Source of the DNA: Squalus acanthias | Lineage: Eukaryota | Direction: 5' to 3' | Assembly: GCA_030390025.1 (NCBI GenBank) | Contig: CM059452.1 | Span: 8,556,001 to 8,620,000, forward strand | DNA: 64,000 bases | Shown here: piece after piece, positions 63,348 to 64,000 of the stretch | Layout of the letters: each line of letters opens with the position of its first letter | How positions within the stretch are numbered: the first letter of the stretch is position 1 | Notes under the pieces: model-generated | Told to the model about the DNA's origin: nothing | Database searches by the model: none | What the model saw: only the letters and a program-made list of their open reading frames with translations | Program-made: the position numbers and the translations under genes

Positions 63348-63770
63348 GAGTGCAGCGCACAGTGATACACGGCAGAGTCAGAGACATTTAAAAGAACCGT
63401 TTTCTTGCCTTGGTCCAAATCAGCAGAGAACCGGTTTTGGAAATCTGGAGACTTATCCCCCTGCCCCTTGCCGTATCTCTTCAGTAAATATCTCGGACCT
63501 TCCCCGGCGTACTGGTTGTACCAGAAGAGATAGGGAAAGTTATCGGATGTGGAGCAACTGCAGTTCAATATTATGGTCTGTCCTTCCTGAATCGTTAATT
63601 CAGACGGATTCTGTGACACTGAGTCTTCGCCACTCGTTCCTGTATCAAAATACAGAATGCATCAAAAGTCGGTCAGTAAATATAACCCATGGAACACACA
63701 CTGATCCTTTCCACATAGACTCACCGGGCAGCACGACCATTATTATCAGCAAGGAACATGGGGAGCACAT
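63348..63770 (-). CDS. TCR alpha/delta V segment, open frame with 15-nt FR3 deletion (leader 63725-63770, V exon 63348-63639)
   Basis: MCSPCSLLIIMVVLP|gtgagt; LNCSC..FWYNQ..LNVS-DSAVYHCALH; RSS CACACTG-23-ACAAAAACC; inverted paralog of 49793-51945. Confidence 0.8.
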
Positions 63771-64000
63771 GGTGTCTGGTTTAGAATTAGACAGGAAATA
63801 GCAGATCGCGTTAAATATGTTGACCCTTCTATTCTTATATCAAAGAGTAAAGTCAAATTAGGGGCAGGCTTCAATTATTGGGAAAATGAGAGGCTTCTCG
63901 CAGGGACAAGATTGGCTGGTCTCTCAGAACTGACACCAGCTGTGCAACAATCAGCGTTAGTTGTGGATCAATTACTGATGTCTCCCTACAAACCCTTTCC

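Overview
Vertebrate DNA, almost certainly from a cartilaginous fish (shark): part of a T-cell receptor alpha/delta variable-gene array. About 20 TCR V segments lie on both strands. About 10 have an intact reading frame and a 23(+/-1)-bp-spacer RSS; the rest are pseudogenes, fragments or orphan leaders. They are interspersed with CR1, RTE and Penelope retroelements (the latter carrying minimal hammerhead ribozymes), SINEs, a solo LTR, an ~8.5-kb 27-bp satellite and several segmental duplications. No conventional TCR J or C exon was seen. The key structure is a minus-strand NAR-TCR unit at ~36.1-45.8 kb with three parts: an unrearranged NAR-TCR L-V-D-J cassette, a tandem paralog that is already joined in the genome (in-frame VDJ, RSSs gone, leader intron kept), and a single supporting Vdelta with the CDR1 Cys. 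All splice junctions are phase 1 and in frame, and the joined domain carries both an FR1 Cys and an extra CDR1 Cys. This suggests a fixed-specificity NAR-TCR and possibly a three-V-domain TCR delta chain; expression of either is inference and needs transcript data.
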